This document shows, in pieces, positions 1 through 15,000 of a stretch of 64,000 nucleotides of DNA. The position numbers were made by a program, and so were the translations under genes. The stretch lies in the NCBI GenBank assembly GCA_030390025.1, contig CM059433.1, positions 15,254,001 to 15,318,000 of the forward strand, given 5' to 3'. The DNA is from Squalus acanthias. Its lineage: Eukaryota. The notes below the pieces were generated by a model. That model made no database searches and had not been told where the DNA came from. It worked only from the letters and a program-made list of their open reading frames with translations. Positions within the stretch are counted from its first letter, which is position 1; the number at the start of each line of letters is the position of its first letter.

Positions 1-3000
1 TATTGATCACTTTAACCCCTGGCCAGTGTATTGATCACTTTAACCCCTGGCCAGTGTATTGATCACTTTAACCCCTGGCCAGTGTATTGATCACTTTAAC
101 CCCTGGCCAGTGTATTGATCACTTTAACCCTGGCCAGTGTATTGATCACTTTAACCCCTGGCCAGTGTATTGATCACTTTAACCCCTGGCCAGTGTATTG
201 ATCACTTTAACCCCTGGCCAGTGTATTGATCACTTTAACCCCTGGCCAGTGTATTGATCACTTTAACCCTGGCCAGTGTATTGATCACTTTAACCCCTGG
301 CCAGTGTATTGATCACTTTAACCCCTGGCCAGTGTATTGATCACTTTAACCCCTGGCCAGTGTATTGATCACTTTAACCCCTGGCCAGTGTATTGATCAC
401 TTTAACCCCTGGCCAGTGTATTGATCACTTTAACCCCTGGCCAGTGTATTGATCACTTTAACCCCTGGCCAGTGTATTGATCACTTTAACCCCTGGCCAG
501 TGTATTGATCACTTTAACCCCTGGCCAGTGTATTGATCACTTTAACCCCTGGCCAGTGTATTGATCACTTTAACCCTGGCCAGTGTATTGATCACTTTAA
601 CCCCTGGCCAGTGTATTGATCACTTTAACCCCTGGCCAGTGTATTGATCACTTTAACCCCTGGCCAGTGTATTGATCACTTTAACCCCTGGCCAGTGTAT
701 TGATCACTTTAACCCCTGGCCAGTGTATTGATCACTTTAACCCCTGGCCAGTGTATTGATCACTTTAACCCCTGGCCAGTGTATTGATCACTTTAACCCC
801 TGGCCAGTGTATTGATCACTTTAACCCCTGGCCAGTGTATTGATCACTTTAACCCCTGGCCAGTGTATTGATCACTTTAACCCCTGGCCAGTGTATTGAT
901 CACTTTAACCCCTGGCCAGTGTATTGATCACTTTAACCCCTGGCCAGTGTATTGATCACTTTAACCCCTGGCCAGTGTATTGATCACTTTAACCCCTGGC
1001 CAGTGTATTGATCACTTTAACCCCTGGCCAGTGTATTGATCACTTTAACCCCTGGCCAGTGTATTGATCACTTTAACCCCTGGCCAGTGTATTGATCACT
1101 TTAACCCCTGGCCAGTGTATTGATCACTTTAACCCCTGGCCAGTGTATTGATCACTTTAACCCCTGGCCAGTGTATTGATCACTTTAACCCCTGGCCAGT
1201 GTATTGATCACTTTAACCCCTGGCCAGTGTATTGATCACTTTAACCCCTGGCCAGTGTATTGATCACTTTAACCCCTGGCCAGTGTATTGATCACTTTAA
1301 CCCCTGGCCAGTGTATTGATCACTTTAACCCCTGGCCAGTGTATTGATCACTTTAACCCCTGGCCAGTGTATTGATCACTTTAACCCCTGGCCAGTGTAT
1401 TGATCACTTTAACCCCTGGCCAGTGTATTGATCACTTTAACCCCTGGCCAGTGTATTGATCACTTTAACCCCTGGCCAGTGTATTGATCACTTTAACCCC
1501 TGGCCAGTGTATTGATCACTTTAACCCCTGGCCAGTGTATTGATCACTTTAACCCCTGGCCAGTGTATTGATCACTTTAACCCCTGGCCAGTGTATTGAT
1601 CACTTTAACCCCTGGCCAGTGTATTGATCACTTTAACCCCTGGCCAGTGTATTGATCACTTTAACCCCTGGCCAGTGTATTGATCACTTTAACCCCTGGC
1701 CAGTGTATTGATCACTTTAACCCCTGGCCAGTGTATTGATCACTTTAACCCCTGGCCAGTGTATTGATCACTTTAACCCCTGGCCAGTGTATTGATCACT
1801 TTAACCCCTGGCCAGTGTATTGATCACTTTAACCCCTGGCCAGTGTATTGATCACTTTAACCCCTGGCCAGTGTATTGATCACTTTAACCCCTGGCCAGT
1901 GTATTGATCACTTTAACCCCTGGCCAGTGTATTGATCACTTTAACCCCTGGCCAGTGTATTGATCACTTTAACCCCTGGCCAGTGTATTGATCACTTTAA
2001 CCCCTGGCCAGTGTATTGATCACTTTAACCCCTGGCCAGTGTATTGATCACTTTAACCCCTGGCCAGTGTATTGATCACTTTAACCCCTGGCCAGTGTAT
2101 TGATCACTTTAACCTCTGGCCAGTGTATTGATCACTTTAACCCCTGGCCAGTGTATTGATCACTTTAACCCCTGGCCAGTGTATTGATCACTTTAACCCC
2201 TGGCCAGTGTATTGATCACTTTAACCCCTGGCCAGTGTATTGATCACTTTAACCCCTGGCCAGTGTATTGATCACTTTAACCCCTGGCCAGTGTATTGAT
2301 CACTTTAACCCTGGCCAGTGTATTGATCACTTTAACCCCTGGCCAGTGTATTGATCACTTTAACCCCTGGCCTGTGTATTGATCACTTTAACCCCTGGCC
2401 AGTGTATTGATCACTTTAACCCCTGGCCAGTGTATTGATCACTTTAACCCCTGGCCAGTGTATTGATCACTTTAACCCCTGGCCAGTGTATTGATCACTT
2501 TAACCCCTGGCCAGTGTATTGATCACTTTAACCCCTGGCCAGTGTATTGATCACTTTAACCCTGGCCAGTGTATTGATCACTTTAACCCCTGGCCAGTGT
2601 ATTGATCACTTTAACCCTGGCCAGTGTATTGATCACTTTAACCCCTGGCCAGTGTATTGATCACTTTAACCCCTGGCCAGTTTATTGATCACTTTAACCC
2701 TGGCCAGTGTATTGATCACTTTAACCCCTGGCCAGTGTATTGATCACTTTAACCCCTGGCCAGTGTATTGATCACTTTAACCCCTGGCCAGTGTATTGAT
2801 CACTTTAACCCCTGGCCAGTGTATTGATCACTTTAACCCCTGGCCAGTGTATTGATCACTTTAACCCCTGGCCAGTGTATTGATCACTTTAACCCCTGCA
2901 GTGTATTGATCACTTTAACCCCTGGCCAGTGTATTGATCACTTTAACCCCTGGCAGGTGTATTGATCACTTTAACCTCTGGCCAGTGTATTGATCACTTT

Positions 3001-6000
3001 AAGCCCTGGCCAGTGTATTGATCACTTTAACCCCTGGCTGGTGTATTGATCACTTTAACCCCTGGCCAGTGTATTGATCACTTTAACCTCTGGCCAGTGT
3101 ATTGATCACTTTAACCTCTGGCCAGTGTATTGATCACTTTAACCACTGGCCAGTGTATTGATCACTTTTACCCCTGGCCAGTGTATTGATCACTTTAACC
3201 CCTGGCCAGGTGTATTGATCACTTTAACCCCTGGCCTGTGTATTGATCACTTTATCCCCTGGCCAGTGTATTGATCACTTTATCCCCTGGCCAGTGTATT
3301 GATCACATTAACCCCTGGCCAGTGTATTGATCACTTTAACCCCCGGCCAGTGTATTGATCACTTTAACCCCTGGCCAGTGTATTGATCACTTTAACCCCT
3401 GGCCAGTGTATTGATCACTTTAACCCCTGGCCAGTGTATTGATCACTTTAACCCTGGCCAGTGTATTGATCACTTTAACCCCTGGCCAGTGTATTGATCA
3501 CTTTAACCCCTGGCCAGTTTATTGATCACTTTAAACCCTGGCCAGTGTATTGATCACTTTAACCCCTGGCCAGTGTATTGATCACTTTAACCCCTGGCCA
3601 GTGTATTGATCACTTTAACCCCTGGCCAGTGTATTGATCACTTTAACCCCTGGCCAGTGTATTGATCACTTTAACCCCTGGCCAGTGTATTGATCACTTT
3701 AACCCCTGGCCAGTGTATTGATCACTTTAACCCCTGGCAGTGTATTGATCACTTTAACCCCTGGCCAGTGTATTGATCACTTTAACCCCTGGCCAGTGTA
3801 TTGATCACTTTAACCCCTGGCCAGTGTATTGATCACTTTAACCCCTGGCCAGTGTATTGATCACTTTAACCCCTGGCAGGTGTATTGATCACTTTAACCC
3901 CTGGCCAGTGTATTGATCACTTTAACCTCTGCCCAGTGTATTGATCACTTTAACCACTGGCCAGTGTATTGATCACTTTAACCCCTGGCCTGTGTATTGA
4001 TCACTTTAACCCCTGGCCTGTGTATTGATCACTTTAACCCCTGGCCAGTGTATTGATCACTTTAACCCCTGGCCAGTGTATTGATCACTTTAACCCCGGC
4101 CAGTGTATTGATCACATTAACCCCTGGCCTGTGTATTGATCACTTTAACCCCTGGCCAGTTTATTGATCACTTTAACCCCTGGCCAGTGTATTGATCACT
4201 TTAACCCCTGGCCAGTGTATTGATCACTTTAACCCCTGGCCAGTGTATTGATCACTTTAACCCCTGGCCTGTGTATTGATCACTTTAACCCCTGGCCAGT
4301 GTATTGATCACTTTAACCCCTGGCCAGTGTATTGATCACTTTAACCCCTGGCCAGTTTATTTATCACTTTAACCCCTGGCCAGTGTATTGATCACTTTAA
4401 CCCCTGGCCAGTGTATTGATCACTTTAACCCCTGGCGAGTGTATTGATCACTTTAAACCCTGGCCAGTGTATTGATCACTTCAACCCCTGGCCGGTGTAT
4501 TGATCACTTTAACCTCTGGCCAGTGTATTGATCACTTCAACCCCTGGCCGGTGTATTGATCACTTTAACCCCTGGCCAGAGTATTGATCACATTAACCCC
4601 ATGCCAGAGTATTGATCACTTTAACCCCTGGCTGGTGTATTGATCACTTTAACCTCTGCCCAGTGTATTGATCACTTTAACCCCTGGCCAGTGTATTGAT
4701 CACTTTAACCCCTGGCCTGTGTATTGATCACTTTAACCCCTGGCCAGTGTATTGATCACTTTAACCTCTGCCCAGTGTATTGATCACTTTAACCCCTGGC
4801 CAGTGTATTGATCACTTTAACCCCTGGCCAGTGTATTGATCACTTTAACCACTGGCCAGTGTATTGATCACTTTAACCCCTGGCCAGTGTATTGATCACT
4901 TTAACCCCTGGCCAGTGTATTGATCACTTTAACCCCTGGCCAGTGTATTGATCACTTTAACCCCTGGCCAGTGTATTGATCACTTTAACCCCTGGCCAGT
5001 GTATTGATCACTTTAACCCCTGGCCAGTGTATTGATCACTTTAACCCCTGGCCAGTGTATTGATCACTTTAACCCCTGGCCAGTGTATTGATCACTTTAA
5101 CCCCTGGCCAGTGTATTGATCACTTTAACCCCTGGCCAGTGTATTGATCACTTTAACCCCTGGCCAGTGTATTGATCACTTTAACCCCTGGCCAGTGTAT
5201 TGATCACTTTAACCCCTGGCAGTGTATTGATCACTTTAACCCCTGGCCAGTGTATTGATCACTTTAACCCCTGGCCAGTGTATTGATCACTTTAACCCCT
5301 GGCCAGTGTATTGATCACTTTAACCCCTGGCCAGTGTATTGATCACTTTAACCCCTGGCCTGTGTATTGATCACTTTAACCCCTGGCCTGTTTATTGATC
5401 ACTTGAAACCCTGGCCAGTTTATTGATCACTTTAACCCATGGCCAGTGTATTGATCACTTTAACCCCTGGCCAGTGTATTGATCACTTGAACCCCTGGCC
5501 AGTGTATTGATCACTTTAACCCCTGGCCAGTGTATTGATCACTTTAACACCTGGCCAGTGTATTGATCACTTTAACCCCAGGCCAGTGTATTGATCACTT
5601 TAACCCCTTGCTGGTGTATTGATCACATTAACCCCAGGCCAGAGTATTGATCACTTTAACCCCTGGCTGGTGTATTGATCACTTTAACCTCTGCCCAGTG
5701 TATTTATCACTTTAAGCCCTGGCCAGTGTATTGATCACTTTAACCCCTGGCTGGTGTATTGATCACTTTAACCCCTGGCCAGTGTATTGATCACTTTAAC
5801 CTCTGCCCAGTGTATTGATCACTTTAACCTCTGGCCAGTGTATTGATCACTTTAACCACTGGCCAGTGTATTGATCACTTTTACCACTGGCCTTTGTATT
5901 GATCACTTTAACCCCTGGCCGGTGTATTGATCACTTTAACCCCTGGCCAGTGTATTGATCACTTTAACCTCTGGCCAGTGTATTGATCACTTTAACCCCC

Positions 6001-9000
6001 GGCCAGTGTATTGATCACATTAACCCCTGGCCTGTGTATTGATCACATTAACCCCTGGCCAGTGTATTGATCACTTTAACCCCTGGCCAGTGTATTGATA
6101 ACTTTAACCCCTGGCCAGTGTATTGATCACTTTAACCCCTGGCCAGTGTATTGATCACTTTAACCCCTGGCCAGTTTATTGAACACTTTAACCCCTGGCC
6201 GGTGTATTGATCACTTTAACCCCTGGCCAGTGTATTGATCACTTTAACCCCTGGCCAGTGTATTGATCACTTTATCCCCTGGCCGGTGTATTGATCACTT
6301 TAACCCCTGGCCAGTGTATTGATCACTTTAACCCCTGGCCAGTGTATTGATCACTTTAACCCCTGGCCAGTTTATTGATCACTTTAACCCCTGGCCAGTG
6401 TATTGATCACTTTAACCCCTGGCCAGTGTATTGATCATTTTAACCTCGGCTAGTTTATTGATCTCTTTAACCCCTGGCCAGTGTATTGATCACTTTAAAC
6501 CCTGGCCAGTTTATTGATCACTTTAACCCCTGGCCAGTGTATTGATCACTTTAAACCCTGGCCAGTTTATTGATCACTTTAACCCCTGGCCAGTGTATTG
6601 ATCACTTTAACCCCTGGCCAGTGTATTGATCACTTTAACCCCTGGCCAGTGTATTGATCACTTTAACCCCCGGCCAGTGTATTGATCACTTTAACCCCTG
6701 GCCAGTGTATTGATCACTTTAAACCCTGGCCAGTTTATTGATCACTTTAACCCCTGGCCAGTGTATTGAGCACTTTAACCCCTGGCCAGTGTATTGATCA
6801 CTTTAACCCCTGGCCAGTGTATTGATCACTTTAACCCCTGGCCAGTGTATTGATCACTTTAACCCCTGGCCAGTGTATTGATCACTTTTACCACTGGCCA
6901 GTGTATTGATCACATTAACCCCAGGCCAGTGTATTGATCACTTTAACCCCCGGCGAGTGTATTGATCACTTTAACCCCTGGCGAGTGTATTGATCACTTT
7001 CACCTCTGGCCAATTTATTGATCACTTTAACCCCTGGCCAGTGTATTGATCACTTTCACCTCTGGCCAGTATATTGATCACTTTAACCCCTGGCCTGTGT
7101 ATTGATCACTTTAACCCCTGGCCTGTTTATTGATCACTTGAAACCCTGGCCAGTTTATTGATCACTTTAACCCCTGGCCAGTGTATTGATCACTTTAACC
7201 CCTGGCCAGTGTATTGATCACTTTAACCCCTGGCCAGTGTATTGATCACTTTAACCCCTGGCCAGTGTATTGATCACTTTAACACCTGGCCAGTGTATTG
7301 ATCACTTTAACCCCAGGCCAGTGTATTGATCACTTTAACCCCTTGCTGGTGTATTGATCACATTAACCCCAGGCCAGAGTATTGATCACTTTAACCCCTG
7401 GCTGGTGTATTGATCACTTTAACCTCTGCCCAGTGTATTTATCACTTTAAGCCCTGGCCAGTGTATTGATCACTTTAACCCCTGGCTGTGTATTGATCAC
7501 TTTAACCCCTGGCCAGTGTATTGATCACTTTAACCTCTGCCCAGTGTATTGATCACTTTAACCTCTGGCCAGTGTATTGATCACTTTAACCACTGGCCAG
7601 TGTATTGATCACTTTAACCACTGGCCTTTGTATTGATCACTTTAACCCCTGGCTGGTGTATTGATCACTTTAACCCCTGGCCAGTGTATTGATCACTTTA
7701 ACCTCTGGCCAGTGTATTGATCACTTTAACCCCTGGCCAGTGTATTGATCACATTAACCCCTGGCCAGTGTATTGATCACATTAACCCCTGGCCAGTGTA
7801 TTGATCACTTTAACCCCTGGCCAGTGTATTGATAACTTTAACCCCTGGCCAGTGTATTGATCACTTTAACCCCTGGCCAGTGTATTGATCACGTTAACCC
7901 CTGGCCAGTTTATTGAACACTTTAACCCCTGGCCGGTGTATTGATCACTTTAACCCCTGGCCAGTGTATTGATCACTTTAACCCCTGGCCAGTGTATTGA
8001 TCACTTTATCCCCTGGCCGGTGTATTGATCACTTTAACCCCTGGCCAGTGTATTGATCACTTTAACCCCTGGCCAGTGTATTGATCACTTTAACCCCTGG
8101 CCAGTTTATTGATCACTTTAACCCCTGGCCAGTGTATTGATCACTTTAACCCCTGGCCAGTGTATTGATCATTTTAACCTCGGCTAGTTTATTGATCACT
8201 TTAACCCCTGGCCAGTGTATTGATCACTTTAAACCCTGGCCAGTTTATTGATCACTTTATCCCCTGGCCAGTGTATTGATCACTTTAAACCCTGGCCAGT
8301 TTATTGATCACTTTAACCCCTGGCCAGTGTATTGATCACTTTATCCCCTGGCCAGTGTATTGATCACTTTAACCCCTGGCCAGTGTATTGATCACTTTAA
8401 CCCCCGGCCAGTGTATTGATCACTTTAACCCCTGGCCAGTGTATTGATCACTTTAAACCCTGGCCAGTTTATTGATCACTTTAACCCCTGGCCAGTGTAT
8501 TGAGCACTTTAACCCCTGGCCAGTGTATTGATCACTTTAACCCCTGGCCAGTGTATTGATCACTTTAACCCCTGGCCAGGGTATTGATCACTTTAAACTC
8601 TGGCCAGTTTATTGATCACTTTAACCCCTGGCCAGTGTATTGATCACTTTAAACCCTGGCCAGTTTATTGATCACTTTAACCCCTGGCCAGTGTATTGAT
8701 CACTTTAACCCCTGGCCAGTTTAATGATCACTTTAACCTCTGGCCAGTTTATTGCTCACTTTAACCCCCGGCCAGTGTATTGATCACTTTAACCTCTGGC
8801 CAGTTTATTGATCACTCTAACCCCCGGCCAGTGTATTGATCACTTTAACCCCTGGCCAGTTTATTGATCACTTTAACCCCCGGCCAGTGTATTGATCACT
8901 TTAACACCTGGCCAGTGTATTGATCACTTTAACCCCTGGCCAGTGTATTGATCACTTTAACCCCGGCCAGTGTATTGATCACTTTAACCACTGGCCAGTG

Positions 9001-12000
9001 TATTGATCACATTAACCCCTGGCCAGTGTATTGATCACTTTAACCCCTGGCCAGTGTATTGAACACTTTAATCCCTGGCGAGTGTATTGATCACTTTAAA
9101 CCCTGGCCGGTGTATTGATCACTTCAACCACTGGCCAGTTTATTGATCACTTCAACCCCTGGCCAGTGTATTGATCACTTTAACCTCTGGCCAGTGTATT
9201 GATCACTTCAACCCCTGGCCAGTTTATTGATCACTTTAACCCCTGGCCAGTGTATTGATCACTTTAACCCCTGGCCAGTGTATTGATCATTTTAACCTCG
9301 GCTAGTTTATTGATCTCTTTAACCCCTTGCCAGTGTATTGATCACTTTAAACCCTGGCCAGTTTATTGATCACTTTAACCCCTGGCCAGTGCATTGATCA
9401 CTTTAAACCCTGGCCAGTTTATTGATCACTTTAACCCCTGGCCAGTGTATTGATCACTTTAACCCGTGGCCAGTGTATTGATCACTTTAACCCCCGGCCA
9501 ATGTATTGATCACTTTAACCACTGGCCAGTTTATTGATCACATTAACCCCGAGCTGGTGTATTGAACACTTTAACCCCTGGCCAGTGTATTGAACACTTT
9601 AATCCCTGGCGAGTGTATTGATCACTTTAAACCCTGGCCGGTGTATTGATCACTTCAACCACTGGCCAGTGTATTGATCACTTTAACCCCCGGCCAATGT
9701 ATTGATCACTTTAACCACTGGCCAGTTTATTGATCACATTAACCCCGAGCTGGTGTATTGAACACTTTAACCCCTGGCCAGTGTATTGATCACTTTAACC
9801 CCTGGCCAGTGTATTGATCACTTTAACCCCTGGCCAGTTTATTGATCACTTTAAGCTCTGGCCAGTTTATTGATCACTTTAACCCCCGGCCAGTGTATTG
9901 ATCACTTTAACCTCCGGCTAGTGTATTGATCACTTTAACCTCCGGCCAGTGTATTGATCACTTTAACCCCCGGCCAGTGTATTGATCACATTAACCCCTG
10001 GCCTGTGTATTGATCACATTAACCTCTGGCCAGTTTATTGATCACATTAACCCCGAGCTGGTGTATTGATCACTTTAACCCCAGGCCAGTGTATTGATCA
10101 CTTTAACCCCTGGCCAGTGTATTGATCACTTTAACCCCTGGCCTGTGTATTGATCACTTTATCCCCTGGCCTGTGTATTGATCACTTTATCCCCTGGCCA
10201 GTGTATTGATCATTTTATCCCCTGGCCAGTGTATTGATCACATTAACCCCAGGCCAGTGTATTGATCACTTTAACCCCTGGCCAGTGTATTGATCACTTT
10301 AACCCCAGGCGAGTGTATTGATCACTTTCACCTCTGGCCAATTTATTGATCACTTTAACCCCTGGCCAGTGTATTGATCACTTTCACCTCTGGCCAGTGT
10401 ATTGATCACTTTAACCCCTGGCCAGTGTATTGATCACTTTAACCCCTGGCCAGTGTATTGATCACTTTAACCCCTGGCCAGTGTATTGATCACTTTAACC
10501 CCTGGCCAGTGTATTGATCACTTTAACCCCTGGCCAGTGTATTGATCACTTTAACCCCTGGCCAGTGTATTGATCACTTTAACCCCTGGCCAGTGTATTG
10601 ATCACTTTAACCCCAGGCCAGTGTATTGATCACTTTAACCCCTGGCAGTGTATTGATCACTTTAACCCCAGGCCAGTGTATTGATCACTTTAACCCCCGG
10701 CCAGTGTATTGATCACTTTAACCCCTGGCCAGTGTATTGATCACTTTAACCCCTGGCCAGTGTATTGATCACTTTAACCCCTGGCCAGTTTATTGATCAC
10801 TTTAACCCCTGGCCAGTGTATTGATCACTTTAACCCTGGCAGTTTATTGATCACTTTAACCCCTGGCCAGTGTATTGATCACTTTAACCCCTGGCCAGTT
10901 TATTGATCACTTTAACCCCTGGCCAGTGTATTGATCACTTTAACCCTGGCCAGTTTATTGATCACTTTAACCCCTGGCCAGTGTATTGATCACTTTAACC
11001 CCTGGCCAGTGTATTGATCACTTTAACCCCTGGCCAGTGTATTGATCACTTTAACCCCTGGCCAGTGTATTGATCACTTTAACCCCTGGCCAGTGTATTG
11101 ATCACTTTAACCCCTGGCCAGTGTATTGATCACTTTAACCCCTGGCCAGTGTATTGATCACTTTAACCCCTGGCCAGTGTATTGATCACTTTAACCCCTG
11201 GCCAGTGTATTGATCACTTTAACCCCTGGCCAGTGTATTGATCACTTTAACCCCTGGCCAGTGTATTGATCACTTTAACCCCTGGCCAGTGTATTGATCA
11301 CTTTAACCCCTGGCCAGTGTATTGATCACTTTAACCCCTGGCCAGTGTATTGATCACTTTAACCCCTGGCCAGTGTATTGATCACTTTAACCCCTGGCCA
11401 GTGTATTGATCACTTTAACCCCTGGCCAGTGTATTGATCACTTTAACCCCTGGCCAGTGTATTGATCACTTTAACCCCTGGCCAGTGTATTGATCACTTT
11501 AACCCCTGGCGAGTGTATTGATCACTTTAACCCCTGGCCAGTGTATTGATCACTTTAACCCCTGGCCAGTGTATTGATCACTTTAACCCCTGGCCAGTGT
11601 ATTGATCACTTTAACCCCTGGCCAGTGTATTGATCACTTTAACCCCTGGCCAGTGTATTGATCACTTTAACCCCTGGCCAGTGTATTGATCACTTTAACC
11701 CCTGGCCAGTGTATTGATCACTTTAACCCCGGCCAGTGTATTGATCACTTTAACCCCTGGCCAGTGTATTGATCACTTTAACCCCTGGCCAGTGTATTGA
11801 TCACTTTAACCCCTGGCCAGTGTATTGATCACTTTAACCCCTGGCCAGTGTATTGATCACTTTAACCCTGGCCAGTGTATTGATCACTTTAACCCTGGCC
11901 AGTGTATTGATCACTTTAACCCCTGGCCAGTGTATTGATCACTTTAACCCCTGGCCAGTGTATTGATCACTTTAACCCCTGGCCAGTGTATTGATCACTT

Positions 12001-15000
12001 TAACCCCTGGCCAGTTTATTGATCACTTTAACCCCTGGCCAGTGTATTGATCACTTTAACCCTGGCCAGTTTATTGATCACTTTAACCCCTGGCCAGTGT
12101 ATTGATCACTTTAACCCTGGCCAGTTTATTGATCACTTTAACCCCTGGCCAGTGTATTGATCACTTTAACCCTGGCCAGTGTATTGATCACTTTAACCCC
12201 TGGCCAGTGTATTGATCACTTTAACCCTGGCCAGTGTATTGATCACTTTAACCCCTGGCCAGTGTATTGATCACTTTAACCCCTGGCCAGTGTATTGATC
12301 ACTTTAACCCCTGGCCAGTGTATTGATCACTTTAACCCCTGGCCAGTGTATTGATCACTTTAAACCCTGGCCAGTGTATTGATCACTTTAACCCCTGGCC
12401 AGTGTATTGATCACTTTAACCCCTGGCCAGTGTATTGATCACTTTAACCCCGGCCAGTGTATTGATCACTTTAACCCCTGGCCAGTGTATTGATCACTTT
12501 AACCCCTGGCCAGTGTATTGATCACTTTAACCCCTGGCCAGTGTATTGATCACTTTAACCCCTGGCCAGTGTATTGATCACTTTAACCCCTGGCCAGTGT
12601 ATTGATCACTTTAACCCCTGGCCAGTGTATTGATCACTTTAACCCCTGGCCAGTGTATTGATCACTTTAACCCCTGGCCAGTGTATTGATCACTTTAACC
12701 CCTGGCCAGTGTATTGATCACTTTAACCCCTGGCCAGTGTATTGATCACTTTAACCCCTGGCCAGTGTATTGATCACTTTAACCCCTGGCCAGTGTATTG
12801 ATCACTTTAACCCCTGGCCAGTGTATTGATCACTTTAACCCTGGCCAGTGTATTGATCACTTTAACCCCTGGCCAGTGTATTGATCACTTTAACCCTGGC
12901 CAGTGTATTGATCACTTTAACCCCGGCCAGTGTATTGATCACTTTAACCCTGGCCAGTTTATTGATCACTTTAACCCCTGGCCAGTGTATTGATCACTTT
13001 AACCCCTGGCCAGTGTATTGATCACTTTAACCCCTGGCCAGTGTATTGATCACTTTAACCCCTGGCCAGTGTATTGATCACTTTAACCCCTGGCCAGTGT
13101 ATTGATCACTTTAACCCCTGGCCAGTGTATTGATCACTTTAACCCCTGGCCAGTGTATTGATCACTTTAACCCCTGGCCAGTGTATTGATCACTTTAACC
13201 CCTGGCCAGTGTATTGATCACTTTAACCCCTGGCCAGTGTATTGATCACTTTAACCCCTGGCCAGTGTATTGATCACTTTAACCCCTGGCCAGTGTATTG
13301 ATCACTTTAACCCCTGGCCAGTGTATTGATCACTTTAACCCCTGGCCAGTGTATTGATCACTTTAACCCCTGGCCAGTGTATTGATCACTTTAACCCCTG
13401 GCCAGTGTATTGATCACTTTAACCCCTGGCCAGTGTATTGATCACTTTAACCCCTGGCCAGTGTATTGATCACTTTAACCCCTGGCCAGTGTATTGATCA
13501 CTTTAACCCCTGGCCAGTGTATTGATCACTTTAACCCCTGGCCAGTGTATTGATCACTTTAACCCCTGGCCAGTGTATTGATCACTTTAACCCCTGGCCA
13601 GTGTATTGATCACTTTAACCCCTGGCCAGTGTATTGATCACTTTAACCCCTGGCCAGTGTATTGATCACTTTAACATCGGCTAGTGTATTGATCACTTTA
13701 ACCCCTGGCCAGTGTATTGATCACTTTAACCCCTGGCCAGTGTATTGATCACTTTAACCCCTGGCCAGTGTATTGATCACTTTAACCCTGGCCAGTGTAT
13801 TGATCACTTTAAACCCCTGGCCAGTGTATTGATCACTTTAACCCCTGGCCAGTTTATTGATCACTTAACCCCTGGCCAGTGTATTGATCACTTTAACCCC
13901 TGGCCAGTGTATTGATCACTTTAACCCCTGGCCAGTGTATTGATCACTTTAACCCCTGGCCAGTTTATTGATCACTTTAACCCCTGGCCAGTGTATTGAT
14001 CACTTTAACCCTGGCCAGTGTATTGATCACTTTAACCCCTGGCCAGTGTATTGATCACTTTAACCCTGGCCAGTGTATTGATCACTTTAACCCCTGGCCA
14101 GTGTATTGATCACTTTAACCCCTGGCCAGTGTATTGATCACTTTAACCCCTGGCCAGTGTATTGATCACTTTAACCCCTGGCCAGTGTATTGATCACTTT
14201 AACCCCTGGCCAGTGTATTGATCACTTTAACCCCTGGCCAGTGTATTGATCACTTTAACCCCTGGCCAGTGTATTGATCACTTTAACCCCTGGCCAGTGT
14301 ATTGATCACTTTAACCCCTGGCCAGTGTATTGATCACTTTAACCCCTGGCCAGTGTATTGATCACTTTAACCCCTGGCCAGTGTATTGATCACTTTAACC
14401 CCTGGCCAGTGTATTGATCACTTTAACCCCTGGCCAGTGTATTGATCACTTTAACCCCTGGCCAGTGTATTGATCACTTTAACCCCTGGCCAGTGTATTG
14501 ATCACTTTAACCCCTGGCCAGTGTATTGATCACTTTAACCCCTGGCCAGTGTATTGATCACTTTAACCCCTGGCCAGTGTATTGATCACTTTAACCCCTG
14601 GCCAGTGTATTGATCACTTTAACCCCTGGCCAGTGTATTGATCACTTTAACCCCTGGCCAGTGTATTGATCACTTTAACCCCTGGCCAGTGTATTGATCA
14701 CTTTAACCCCTGGCCAGTGTATTGATCACTTTAACCCCTGGCCAGTGTATTGATCACTTTAACCCCTGGCCAGTGTATTGATCACTTTAACCCCTGGCCA
14801 GTGTATTGATCACTTTAACCCCTGGCCAGTGTATTGATCACTTTAACCCCTGGCCAGTGTATTGATCACTTTAACCCCTGGCCAGTGTATTGATCACTTT
14901 AACCCCTGGCCAGTGTATTGATCACTTTAACCCCTGGCCAGTGTATTGATCACTTTAACCCCTGGCCAGTGTATTGATCACTTTAACCCCTGGCCAGTGT

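Noticed and set aside
1..28. Monomer derived from piggyBac/Kolobok termini (TTAA-CCCCT / TTAA-AGTG)
   Set aside because: Only a few bases of resemblance and no such element in the window.
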